Assembly: GCF_004010195.1 (NCBI RefSeq)
Contig: NC_057755.1
Location: 1,105,306-1,169,305, forward strand
Direction of reading: 5' to 3'
DNA length: 64,000 nt
From: Chiloscyllium plagiosum
Lineage: Eukaryota
The notes below the pieces were generated by a model that saw nothing but the letters and a program-made list of their open reading frames with translations, was not told the DNA's origin and searched no databases. This document shows, one piece after another, positions 26,420-38,084 of the stretch. The position numbers were made by a program, and so were the translations under genes. The stretch's first letter is position 1. Each line of letters opens with the position of its first letter.

Positions 26420-28385
26420 AAACTTCCTCTGGACCACCTCCAATACCAGCGCAATATTCCTTCAATACGGAGTACAAAACTGCTCACAATATTCCAAACG
26501 CAGTCTGACCAGAGCCTTATCCAGCGTCAGCAGTATGTCTCTGCTCTTGTACTCTAGCTGTCTTTAAATGAATGCTAACATTGCATTTGCTACCTGTTAT
26601 GAAGTTGTGTAGATTACTCTTGAAGTGGAAGGCAGGAAATCAAATTTGTTTATAAAAATGATAGGAAGAATGAGTGTGTGCTCCCTTTAAGAGGTAAAGT
26701 GTTTTTTTCTAAGCTTAGATATTTATCCGGAAAAATGCATCTGTAAGCCGCTGTACATTACAGACCGTTCTGACATTGAAACACATATCAATTGGCTGTA
26801 ACTAGAAACCTTAGGCGTGTCTTGATGTTAAGGCAACCAGCTTGAATGCTAGCCAATCAATTTAAACCAGGGCCTAGATACTAAAATCCAATTAAATTTA
26901 AATCTGATGATTTGACTACCTCAAGCCAGTCCAATTGTAAAGAAATTACTAGATCATCCAGGATATAAAAGAAGAGGGCATTTGAGAGAGCCAACTGCTA
27001 GCTGAAGAAGTAACAACTTTCAGATCTCAGAGAAAGCCCCATAAATCCATAAAAGGTACCATGACAAGTTTATCTAATATTCCAGACAAACGAAATTGCA
27101 GACAAGACGCCCCTGAAAGCGGAATCAGTGGAAGAAAGGTATTTTTGACTAGAGATCAGAAGAGAGACTGAGATACAGTGGAGTAGGCAGAACATTTTGA
27201 AAGACCCATTCTCTGTGAACTTTGAGAGACTCTGTTTGAATTTATTGGTTCTTATTACTTAGATTTATATAGATGGGAGCAGTTTTTATTGGAGCAGCAT
27301 ACCGTTGGAATTTCATTCAGTTATGGAATAGTTACTAATTAGGGGGAATTGTTCAGTTTGTTTTTAATTCTGTTAATTTGTTCGTTGTTAGATGCAAATA
27401 AATAAATTGTGACTTGTTACTTATAAAATTACTATCAGGGAATTATTTCATTTAACCACACTTTTAACAGATTATGAGAGGCAAGGCGAGCTTCTCTGGA
27501 GGTTTTGCATGTAATTATTAGAAGAAAATCTCTACTCCCACAAAAGCAGATTGGAATTTGTGGTCCGGTCTAATTATCAGAGGTGATCGACCAGTTCGCC
27601 GTTGTCGTACATCCTAACTGCCAACTGAACCTGCACATTCACCTGAAGAAAATCCTATGCAAGGACTCCTAAGTCGCTTGAGTGCTTCAGGTTTCCAAAG
27701 GCTTTCCATCACAAGAAAATAGTCTGCAACTCTATTCTTCTGACCCAAGTTCAGGAACTCGCGCTTGCAACATCGTATTCCATTTGCCAGTTGTTTGCTC
27801 ACTCTCGCAGTCTGTCCGAGTCTTTTTCAGTCGCTGTCCTACCCCAACGCAATATTTTACTCCAACAATCTTTGCATCATGTGAAAACTTTGCAACAATT
27901 TCCTCCATCATCCAGATCATTAATGTATAACGTGAATACTTGTGGTCCCAAACGAATCTCTGAGGAATTCCATTAGTAGCCAGTTACCAAACTGAAAAAG
28001 ACCCCATTATTGCCTTCTGCCCGTCAGCTAACCTTGCCACTAATACAAGGGGCTTTTATCTGATTTAGCAGCCTCCTATAAGGGCCTACTTCATTAACTG
28101 CTGTAGCTTTGCCTTGCGTTTTCTGTGTTTTGTGCACGATTACTATTAGTCGGTTGTGTTGCAGCATTCTTCAGCTTTTCCCTTTTAAAATAATATTCTC
28201 CTCTTTTATCCTATCTTCTAAAACGAACAACTTCATATTTTCCCAAGTTAAATTGACAACCTTTTGCTCACTTACTTAACCTATCAAAATCTCTCTGTAA
28301 ACTGTCTATCTCCCAACTTGCCTTCCCATCTATTTTTGTCCCATCTGCAAATCTGGCTACAGTGCGTTTGTTTCCTTACTCAATC
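26420..28385 (-). mobile_element. Decayed CR1 fragments interrupted by a solo LTR
   Basis: CR1 RT-like sequence on both sides of 26595-27611 (ttgcatttgc..|..tcctaactgcc); VAKFSHDAKI motif. Confidence 0.7.
26595..27611 (+). mobile_element. Solo LTR (~1.0 kb)
   Basis: TG...CA ends; CCAAT boxes ~26853-26935; TATA ggatataaaag 26961; aataaa ~27397-27406; cleanly splits a CR1. Confidence 0.7.
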
Positions 28386-28429
28386 ATTCAAATGCACAGT
28401 ATTGCATGTCTAATACAATATGTATGATA

Positions 28430-28900
28430 TATACTATGCACTGTTGTAAAGAGCTGTTTGCGTATAAATATTGTTTTGCATTGGAACTGATCCTGTTTGC
28501 ATGTAAATACTCGTCTGCATTGGAACCATTTGTGTTTATTAATAAATATTGTTTTGGATGGGAACTCTTTGTTTCAAAATATAAATATTGTTGTGTTTGG
28601 GAATTGTTCATGTTTATTTTTATATCCTGGTTTGTTTTCGAGCTTTTCCCGCTTTTTCATAAATATTTTTGTGTCTTGGAAACGTTACAGATGATAAATA
28701 AATATTGCCATGAATTGGTGCTAAGCATGTTAATATATGAAACATCGTGCTTTGGGAGTGTTTATGTGTCATGTATTGGAACTGTTCGTGTTTATGTGTA
28801 CTGTTCTGTAATGGAACTGTTCATGTTTGTAAATAAATATTGTTGTGTATTGGAGGTGCTCCTGTTTATATGTAAACATCAGTGTGTGTTGAAGCTGTGC
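28430..28900. repeat. Diverged 39-bp minisatellite
   Basis: Units such as ttgttttgcattggaactgatcctgtttgcatgtaaata repeated roughly 12 times. Confidence 0.8.
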
Positions 28901-29119
28901 CTGTCTCCAAATCATGAGCAAAACTGTATCTGACAATATGCTGTGAATGCTGACTTCCTCCTGTGCTTTGGGATGGATCTGCAATCCCAGTGCCTGCTGA
29001 AGGGGCAGCTGCACAGAACAACCGGTCACGTGTTAGCGGTTATGGGGAGTAAATAGGCAGACACCTGATTACTCATTATATATTCAGGGAACAATAACTG
29101 AAGAGCATCGGGCAAGAGA

Positions 29120-29420
29120 TAGAGTTAAGTATAGATAGAGAGGGGGGTTAAAGATTGTAATATACAAATAATTCACGAACGAATAATGTGGAGTTAAATT
29201 GATAATAATAAGGAGAGGGTTAAATAGAAAGTAATGGGAAAAGGATTAAATACAAGGGAACAAGGAGAGGGTTAAATACGGGAGAAGAGGATGGAACTTA
29301 ATACAAAGGGGAGAGGTGTAAAGGGAGAGGAAGAGAAAGAAGATTGAAAACAATGGAGCAAGGAAAGTGTTAAAGAGCGGGGAAAGGGAGCTGATTTAAT
29401 TCAAAGTAATAGGAGAGATA
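29120..29420. repeat. Purine-rich degenerate tandem repeat
   Basis: Recurring ggagagggttaaata motif. Confidence 0.6.
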
Positions 29421-29470
29421 TACACAGACATATACAGAGGAAGGAAGTGTGTTGATTACCGAGGGCACAG

Positions 29471-30700
29471 AGTCATAGAGTCATAGAGATGTATGGCATG
29501 GAAACAGACCCTTCGGTCCTATCAGTCCATGCCGACCAGATATCCAAACCCAATCTAGTCCACCTGCCAGCACCTAGCCCATATCCCTCCAAACCCTTCC
29601 TATTCATATACCCATCCAAATGTCACTCAAATGTTGCAATTGTACCAGCCTCCATCACGTTGCTGGCAGGTCATTCCATACACGTACCACCCTCTGTGAG
29701 AAACAGTTGCCCCGCAGGTCTTTTATATCTTTCCCCTCTCACCCTAAACTTATGCCCTCTAGTTCTGGACTCCCCGAACCAAGGGGTAAAAACACTTTGC
29801 CTATTCACCCTATCCATGCCCCTCATAATTTTGTAAACCTCTATAAGGTCACCCCTCAGCTTCTGACGCTCCAGGGAAAATATCCACAGCCTGTTCAGCC
29901 TCTCCTCGTAGTTCAAATCCTCTAACCCTGTCAACTTTCCAGTAAATCATTTCTGAACCCTTTTAAGTTTCACAACATCTTTCCGACAGGAAGGAGACCA
30001 GAATTGCACACAATATTCCAACAGTGGCCTAATCATTGTCATGTACAGCCGCAACATGACCACCCAACTCCTCTACTCATTACGCTGACCGATAAAGCAA
30101 AGCATACCAAACGCCTTCTTCACTATCCTATCTACCTGCGACTCCACTTTAAAGGAGATATGAGCCTGCACTCCAAGGTCTCCTTGATCAGCAACACTCC
30201 CTACGACCTTATCATTAAGTGTATAAGTTCTGCTAAGATTTGCTTTCCCAAAGTGCAGCGCCTCGCATTTATCTGAATTAAACTCCACTTGCCATTTCTC
30301 AGCCCATTGGCTCATCTGGTCAAGATCCTCTTCGCTGTCCACTACACCTCCAAGTTTGGTGTCATCTGCAAACTTCCTAACTGTACCTCTTATGCTCGCA
30401 TCCAAATCATTTATGTAAATGACAAAAAGTACAGGACCCAGCACCGATACTTGTGGCACTCCACTGGTCACAGGCCTCCAGTTTGAAGAACAACCCTCCA
30501 CCATCCTCTGTCTTCTACCTTTTAGTCAGTTCTTTATCCAAGTGGCTAGTTCTCCCTATATTCCGTGAGATCTAACCTTGCTAATCAGTCTCCCATGGGG
30601 AAACTTGTTGAACGCCTTACTGAAGTCCATATAGATCACAACTACCGGTCTGCCCTGATAAATCCTCTTTTTTCACTTCCCAAAAACTCAATCATGTTTG
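29471..30700 (-). mobile_element. CR1 LINE 3' end
   Basis: VTSGVPQVSVLGPVLFVIYINDLD..KFADDTK; (agtcatag)2 tail. Confidence 0.93.
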
Positions 30701-30906
30701 AGGCTTCCAATTAATATAAGAAAGCAACCTCTACCCAACCATCACACTTTGATTCCTATTTGTAAGCCATGTATGGATCCAGTTTGCCAACTTGGTTTGA
30801 ACCCCATGAGTTACTAACTTTTGGATCAGCCTTCTATGTGTGACATTGTCAAAGGTCTTAACGGAGTCCATGTAAACCAAATCAACTGCACTCCCTGTAT
30901 CAATAT

Positions 30907-31120
30907 ACAGTCTGTTCTATAATGTGTGTTTCTTCAATGTAAATTGGCTATAATGCAATTGAAATTTTAGGCTATTATTTGTAGAACATGAACTTCCTTA
31001 CCTGTATTGGTTATAACACGATTCTGCTCCCATTGGTTTAAATAGTGTTGCTATTATGCGATTTTCTTATAACACGTAATTGTACAGGAACAAAACTCTC
31101 GCATTCTTTCAGTACAGACA
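30907..31120. mobile_element. MITE-like element (related copy at ~59060-59250, opposite orientation)
   Basis: Starts ta|cagtctgttctataa; homologous to the reverse complement of 59190-59250 (cagggtgatctgctataacac..ttcaatgtgaa); interrupts a minus-strand CR1. Confidence 0.5.
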
Positions 31121-31449
31121 ATATTTAGTCTGTTTTTCAAAAACTTCAGATCAGTTAGGCAGGATGACCATCCACCAAATGCATGCTCTCTCTCTTGATC
31201 AATCCTTTCCTTCAGAACATTTTGCAATAATTTTCCCACCACTGACGTCAGCTTAACTGGTCTGTAATTAACCTGACCTCTCCCCACTGCCTTCTTGAAT
31301 GTTGTGCACTCTAACTTATGATATTAATGATTGAGATAAGGTCAATTATGCAATCAGTAAAGATAATTAGGCCTAGAACACAATTTTGAGGAATTCTAGC
31401 TGTGAAGTCCTGGAGCTTGTGTGGCTGAGTTCCAGCAACCACACCAATT

Positions 31450-31640
31450 TCTGTGGGTGTGGAGTCACTTGACGTCCAGATGGGGCAAAGGCAACGATTT
31501 TCTTTCCCTGAAGAACATTAGGAAACCACATGAGTTCTTATTACAGTTGACAATGGCTTCATGGTCAACATTTGAGTCCTAATTCTATATATTTAAGGAA
31601 TTGAAGTTCTGTCATGATAGGATTTGACAAAGGTCCGCCT
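31450..31640 (-). mobile_element. Degenerate DeuSINE (SacSINE1-like) fragment
   Basis: tggagtcac..tttctttccctgaagaacattaggaaaccacatg..caatggcttcatggtca resembles the reverse complement of the Deu domain (recalled, not aligned). Confidence 0.4.
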
Positions 31641-31814
31641 TAATACTTCTGAAGTATCAGAATATGAGCCAATTCGATATCTGGCTTCTTGTCTCATTTA
31701 GAATCCAATGTGATAGTTCTGATCCAATTATCCAATAAAGATTTAATTTTTGCTACAATCATTTAATGAAATATTATTTCACTAAATGATTGTGGGGGGG
31801 GGGGGGGGGGGGAA

Positions 31815-32720
31815 CTTGGGAATAATGCGTTTGCAGATGATGCAAATATTCGCAGTGTGGTTGAAAGTAATGAAGGAAAAGTCTGAGTTTTCAGATTGTA
31901 ATAGACAGATTGATCAGATGGGCAGACCAGTGGCAGATGTCATGTAACCCTGATAAACGTGAGGTGATGCACTTTTGCAGAAGTCACAAGACAAGGGAGT
32001 ATTCAATGAATGCTAGAACATGAGGAAGCTCAGAGGAACCGAACGATCTTGAGGTTCTTGTTTTTGAAGGCAGTTGGTCAGATTAATAGGGCAGTTAAGA
32101 AGGTATACAGGACACGTGCCTTTACCATTCGAGGCACAGATTACAAGAGCCGGGGTAGGGGGAAGCGGGTCCTGTTGGAGCTGTGCAGGACCTCCGTCAG
32201 GCTACGGTTGGAGTATTGTGTGCAGTTCTGGCCAATGCACCAGAGGATGAGATTGTACTGGAGGGTGTGCAGAGGAGATTCACCAGGATGTTGCTTCACA
32301 TGTAGCAGTTTAGGGAGGCACGATAAGCTCAGGTTGCTTTCTTGAGAACAGAGATCGGGGGTACATAAGACTATGAAGAAAGTGGATAGGCTGAATAGAA
32401 ATCTGTTGTTCCATTTAGTCTAAGAACACGTGACAAATTGGCAAAATTTAAAGCTTAAAGGCAAGAGGCTCAGAGAGGGCATAAGGTAACTCTTCTCACC
32501 TATAGGATAGTAGGGGCCTGCAATGCACTGTCTGGGACGGTAGTTGAGATGGGAAACTTCACAAACTTAAAAAGGTACTTGGAAGAGCACTTGAAATGTT
32601 ATATCATGGCCATGGGCCAAGAGCTGGAAAGTGGGATGAATGTAGATGTTGTGTAATTTTTGCGAGAGAAACATTATAGTTCTGAGAGTCTCTTCTGTTC
32701 TCTAATTCTGTCATTCTAGA
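31815..32720 (+). mobile_element. Old CR1 3' fragment
   Basis: FADDANI, WADQWQM..NPDKREVMHF, LEYCVQFW. Confidence 0.8.
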
Positions 32721-33239
32721 ATTCTGAAGTTAAGCTTCTGATTTAGTATTGTTTTGTATTGCTTTTGAGAAAATATAATCGACGTAAGTTCTAGTGGTTG
32801 TCCTGGTCAGTATCAGTGTCAGGTTCTGTACTAGAGTGCTCATTCACATACAGAATTTCCAAAATGAGTTGTAAAACTGAATTAACAAGGAAAGTAGTGG
32901 TATGTGCGCAGTAGAACAGCTCTCAAGAAGTTCGACCACACGAAGTCCTGAATGACTGAATAGCCTCAGCAAAATGAAGAGCATCAATGAACAAAAAATC
33001 AAAAAGCAGTTAGATATTGATGGGACTGATAGTAAGTGAAATTTGGTGTTTGCCAAAATTGCAATTAACATTTGAGACCTCGTAGGATCAGATTAATCCA
33101 GTCTTTGTGGTATTCAAACACGGTCTCAAATCTCAATGACATAACATCATTAAAATTAACCTGTTGTTGTGATATGTTTATTCAAAATGCTGTAAAAAAA
33201 TGAAGGTGTAATGACAGTTTCCCAGTGGAGTTGGCAAAC

Positions 33240-33253
33240 TAAATAAAATAAAA
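33240..33253 (+). promoter_or_regulatory. TATA-like AT box upstream of GPCR exon 1
   Basis: taaataaaataaaa about 100 bp before the ATG; a similar box precedes the exon-1 remnant at 2086. Confidence 0.3.
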
Positions 33254-33349
33254 TCTCTGGGACTGTCAAATCATCAATTGCAGGAGAAATCTCCAATTCT
33301 GACAGATTTCCAGCAGCAGGGAGGGAGAAGTTGTTTGACAAACAATAAA

Positions 33350-33416
33350 ATGCATCTTCTCAGGGAAAAGGTCGAAAAGGTGTATGAGACCATCCTTGCT
33401 GTTGTTGGTGTTCCTG
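33350..33416 (+). CDS. Class A GPCR (shark 'probable GPR139'-like family), coding exon 1
   Basis: aaaATG start, MHLLREKVEKVYETILAVVGVP-G, canonical phase-1 donor gtaagt at 33417; splices in frame to 36511. Confidence 0.85.
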
Positions 33417-33804
33417 GTAAGTCTTGTAATAACTTAGCTTGTATAAATTTCTGCATTTAATCATCCTTCTGTCTATGATTGATCTCTGCATTTAATTATA
33501 CTTACTTCTATCTGAGACTGCGAAACCCTTTATTTCCACTTAACAAGATAAATCCCCATGTCAGACAATAGTCTGCTCACTCACTGAGTTTAAAGCAATC
33601 AGTTTGTCAATTACAAGACTCCTCAGTCGTGTGAAGCATTGTCTGTTTCTCTAAACTGTGCTGAATGGGTTTACACTGAGGCCACATTGTTGAGGTTTAA
33701 CTGAGCACAAGCACTGACTTGTTCTAGGAAAGGTTCAGCAAGACCACCTTCTCTCTCGTTCTCTCTCTCTCTTTAGTAGCTCAAAGCCTGCTATCCACCA
33801 GATG

Positions 33805-33903
33805 TACAAAGTTAAAAATCATACAACACCAGGTTATAGCCCAACAGATTTATTGGAAAGCACCAGCTTTTGGAACGCTGCTCGTTCAGGTGGTTGCCAA
33901 ATC
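33805..33903 (-). mobile_element. Short PLE pseudo-LTR end fragment with degenerate hammerhead core
   Basis: Matches 12797-12892; flanked by a 12-bp near-TSD atcca(c/t)cagatg at 33793-33804 and 33904-33915. Confidence 0.75.
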
Positions 33904-33919
33904 ATCCATCAGATGGCTT

Positions 33920-35330
33920 TTCATAAAGGTCTATCGCTCAGTGACATCTGGGGCAGCCCATTCCTTTATGCGAAGGTATTATTTTGGCGAACTTTGCTTA
34001 GTCAGCTTGCTCCAAATGGGATCCCAGATGCAACTTGGGCAAGGGGTGAGATGAGCAGCTCGTCATGTGGTGATAAGTGAACATCAGCACAGAATGGTTG
34101 CACCTGCGTCTTGTTTTCGTCAGTCACTGGATGTGTCGGTGGGGGTGATATTTGTGATGACTCATCGTGGGGAGGTGTGTTGAGCACAGTGTCAAACTTG
34201 TTGCATTGTTGAATTATTTGATTGGCAAAGAGATGTGTGAGTTTTGTCATTTGTAAGAAGGGGCACTATTTTGTGATGCAGACTTTAGTCAGTCCAACAC
34301 TGAGACCTGGAATTGTGCAGCAGCAGCTTCCCCACAGAAGGTCAAGCAACTTTGTCCAACAGGCAGTTTACCACCTTGTCCTTCATTGCCGCTGTTTTTC
34401 ATGTTCCTCGAATGATAATGGCCCATGTGCAGTTTCTCCTATTGGCATTCTTTTGGGATTGTTGTTTTGTCTTTGGTGATCAGTTTATGTATACAGCTAT
34501 TAGTCTCTGATGCCAAGCTGTGATACAATTCTGATCATCTCTATGGAGAATGTCGTTCCATCTATGGAGATTTCTAGCCCCAAATAGCTCTGAGTTGGAA
34601 ACCTCTGTTGACAAAGAGAGCAGCTTGGGAGCGTGAGCCTAGACATCAGGAAGGCAGCTTTGTTTAACCTCAGATAAAGTGTCAGACTTCTAAGCCAGAA
34701 AGTTTCAATGACAAATGCTGTGTCGATTCGGATTTTGTTTAGGTGGTGACTGTGGGGTAGTGTTGGGCATGTGGGAGGAGCTGTGCCCAGTCTTGAAGAT
34801 CATCCAATTGCGGTGGGCATCCAACCTGCAATATGGTAATTGGATTCACTACTGAATGTTTTCATGGTTCAAATCATCAGGATAGTCAATCCTGTACATG
34901 AGGGAGAGACTCAACGCTCGATCATTTATTCATCCATATTGTGGAAAGTATCCATTCCTGAACACTGTGGAGTGATTCAGTGTTCTGTACTGTTCTTTAT
35001 ATCGCATGGATATACAATTCTGCAGGCAAATTGAATTGTGGAGGCCCTGAAACCAACTACAGAAATGTTGCAAGTAATGCCTGTGTAAGGTGTCTCCTAT
35101 CCCTTATTGTACTGATCCCATGTGTCTTGATGTTAGTGCAGGTATCTTATGGGAAACTCCAGCAGGTCTGAGTAATCTGTACAGCAGGTGAAATCAACTG
35201 CTGCCAAAACCAATAAAAAAGTAGTAGATGACTCTGTTTCTGTCAACAAGCCGCTGCGCATATTTTTCTCTACGTCTTTTAAAAGTTGCAAATGATACAC
35301 TTAGAGAGAGTTTACTGCTGTACTACAAAT
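33920..35330 (-). mobile_element. Possible ancient LINE remnant (Ingi/I-like endonuclease region)
   Basis: Weak motifs on the minus strand (DLQDWA, LLPHAQHYP resembling FPxSQHRP); heavily decayed. Confidence 0.25.
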
Positions 35331-35419
35331 TCTTTAAACTTTATGTGACATGAAACAACGATTATCTTTCTGCCATACTTATAACCTGGTACAGACACGG
35401 ACAACGTTTGATCAGTAAC

Positions 35420-36480
35420 TTCTAGGATACAGAACTGGCTCATAGGTAGAAGACAAAGGGTGGTGGTGGAGTGTTGTTCTTCAGACTGGAGGCCTGTAAC
35501 TAGTGGAGTGCCACAAGAATTGGTGTTGGTGCTGTACGTTTTGTTCATTTACATAAATTATTTGAATGCGAGCATAAGAAGTACAGTTAGGAAGTTTGCA
35601 GATGGCACCAAAATTGGAGATATAGTTGACAGCGAAGAGGATCATGACCAGATGAGTCAATGGGCTGAGAAATGGCAAGTGGAGTTTAATTCAGATAAAC
35701 GTGAGGTGCTGCATTTTGGGAAAGCAAATCTCAGCAGGACTTATACACTTAATGGTTATGTCCTAGGGAGTGTTGTTGAACAAGGACACCTAGGAGTGCA
35801 GGTTCATAGCTCCTTGAAAGTGGAGCCACAGGTAGATAGGAGAGTGAAGGAGGCGTTTGATATGCTTTCCTTTATTGGTCAGAGTATTGAGTACAGGAGT
35901 TGAGAAGTCATGTTGCGGCTGTACATGATATGGGTTAGGCCACTGTTGGAATATTGTGTGCAATTCTGGTCTCCTTCCTATATTGTGAAACTTGAAAGGG
36001 TTCAGAAAAGATTTATAAGGATGTTGCCAGGGTTGAAGGATTTGAGCGATAGGGAGAGGTTGAACAGGCTGGGGCTGTATTCCCTGAAGCGTCGGAGGCA
36101 GAGGGGTGGTCTTATAGAGATTTACAAAATTACGTGGGGCACAGATAGGGTAAATAAGCAAAGTCTTTTTCCTGTGGTTGGGGAGTCCAGTACGAGAGTG
36201 CATGGGTTTAGGGTGAGAGGGGAAAGATATAAAAGTGACCTACGGGGTAACTTTTTCACACAGGCAGTGGTGTGTGTATGGAATGAGCCAGAGGAAGTGG
36301 TGGAGGCTGGTACAATGGCAATATTTAAGAGGCATTTGGATGTGTATATGAATAGGAAGGGTTTGGAGGGATATGGGTCAGGTGCTGGCAGGTGGGATTA
36401 GATCATCTTGGGATATCTGTTCGGCATGGATGGGTTGGACTGAATGGTCTGTTTCCATGCTGTACATCTCTATGACTCTG
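35420..36480 (+). mobile_element. CR1 LINE 3' end in the GPCR intron
   Basis: VTSGVPQ, KFADGTK, LEYCVQFWSP, FFTQAVVCVWN; ctctatgactc tail ends about 30 bp before the exon-2 acceptor. Confidence 0.93.
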
Positions 36481-36510
36481 TCTCTTTTTTTCCTTTCTCT
36501 CCTCCTACAG

Positions 36511-37397
36511 TTAGTCTAGTGGTGATTGTAATTCTAGCTCGGGGCAAGTGCGGTCTTTCTAACTGCATCACTCGCCATCTTCTGGCCATGGCAGCTTCTG
36601 ATCTACTGTTCACTGTTTTTAACATCGTACTTCGACGATTTGCGTATTACTATTATCCAAAGTGTTTCCTGGACGTCACTCCTGTTTGTAGTGTTACCTA
36701 CGTCCTGAGCTGGTTGACCATTGATTGTTCTGTCTGGTTCACTGTTGCTTTATCTTTTGATCGATTTGTCGCCATTTCATTTCATCAGATAAAATCTCAG
36801 TATTGCACAGAGAAAACTGTAACAATTGTTCTCGCAACAATCTGCATTTTCTTTTGTTTAAAGAACGTTCCCAACTATTTTCGATTTAAACCTGGAATGA
36901 TCAGCAACAATGTTCCATGGTACTGTTCTACCACGTCCTGGTATTATAACGATTCTCGCTGGGCAAGTTTTAAATATTTTGAAAAACTTTTAACACCATT
37001 TCTCCCATTCACTTTTATTCTCATTATCAATATTCTGACTGTCAGATATATATTTAAGGCCACGAAGATTCGAGAGGGGCTGAGGGGACAGAGGAAAATT
37101 GAAAATGACCCAGAGGTAGAGAGCAGAAAGAAATCAGTGGTTTTACTCTTTGCCATATCTTCCAGTTTCATTCTTCTCTGGTTGGTGTATATTTTGTATT
37201 TCTTTCATGCTAGTTATTCCTTGGATCCTGATACTCTTGATCTCCTTCGAATAATGGCATATATGCTACAAAAGTTAAGTTGCTGCACAAATGCTTTTAT
37301 TTATGTGGTCACCCAGAAAAAGTTCAGAGACCAATTAAAGTGTGCAGTGAAATATCCAGTTATAAAAATTATTGAATTGGTTAATAAATCCAAGTAA
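36511..37397 (+). CDS. Class A GPCR (shark 'probable GPR139'-like family), coding exon 2; spliced protein 317 aa
   Basis: Polypyrimidine tract + cag acceptor; open frame with seven hydrophobic segments: ARGKCGLS, LLAMAASDLL (TM2), PVC, SVWFTVALSFDRFVAI (TM3), PWYC, PFLPF (TM5), FILLW (TM6), CCTNAFIY (TM7), KKFR helix 8; stop 37395-37397. Confidence 0.93.
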
Positions 37398-37841
37398 CTG
37401 TGGAGTCAACGTTAGCTGCAGCAGATAATGAAATAAGGAGTTCACGTAAGGAATGGACCGAAAGGAGGAGGACTAGAAACATGATAACACTCCGTACCTA
37501 TTAGGCGAGGAATGACTCCATCTGAGTAGCAAAATGAAAGATACAGCAGGAGCAGAGCAGTTTACAATGCTATTCACAACGAGCAGCTGTTGGTAGGAAG
37601 CTGAACCAACAAAAACAAAACCAAAAGAGGAATTATACAGGTACAAAAGCTACCTTGGTTCCAAGCCATCAGTTCTCAGCGAACAAAGTGGGTAAAAGGA
37701 AAAATGACCTGGAGGAAAGCATTATCATTCACTGCAGATCAGAATGGGAAATACAATCACACGATCCTGTCTGTTCTTCCTCAACCAACTGTCTGATCCA
37801 TACATCTGGACAAATTAAAAACAAAAGTTTCTATTACAAAG

Positions 37842-37901
37842 AATAAATTATATCCAGGAAAGATTCTGTGTCTTGAGTGTAAATTTATTTTCAACAATAA
37901 A
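37842..37901 (+). terminator. Candidate polyadenylation signals of the GPCR gene
   Basis: AATAAA at 37842-37847 and 37896-37901, followed by T/GT-rich sequence. Confidence 0.45.
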
Positions 37902-38084
37902 TAAGCTTGTTTCCATTCAATTCAGTGACATCAATCGTTTCTTTATTTATTCCATTTCACAACCCAGCTGGTGCAATAGCAGGAGAATCCAAACCCAACC
38001 AGAGACACTTCTGGACTCCTTCTCTGCACCCTCCCAATGACCCAGCTCGCTCTCTAATTTAAGATGCTCCTTCAAATTGACTTG

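Noticed and set aside
28430..28900. Regularly spaced repeats resembling a CRISPR array
   Set aside because: Contiguous degenerate tandem units without unique spacers, in eukaryotic context with no cas genes.
36444..36510. ORF-track start of the 317-aa GPCR (MVCFHAVHLYDS...)
   Set aside because: This stretch is CR1 3' UTR plus the polypyrimidine tract; the real N-terminus is better explained by exon 1 at 33350-33416.
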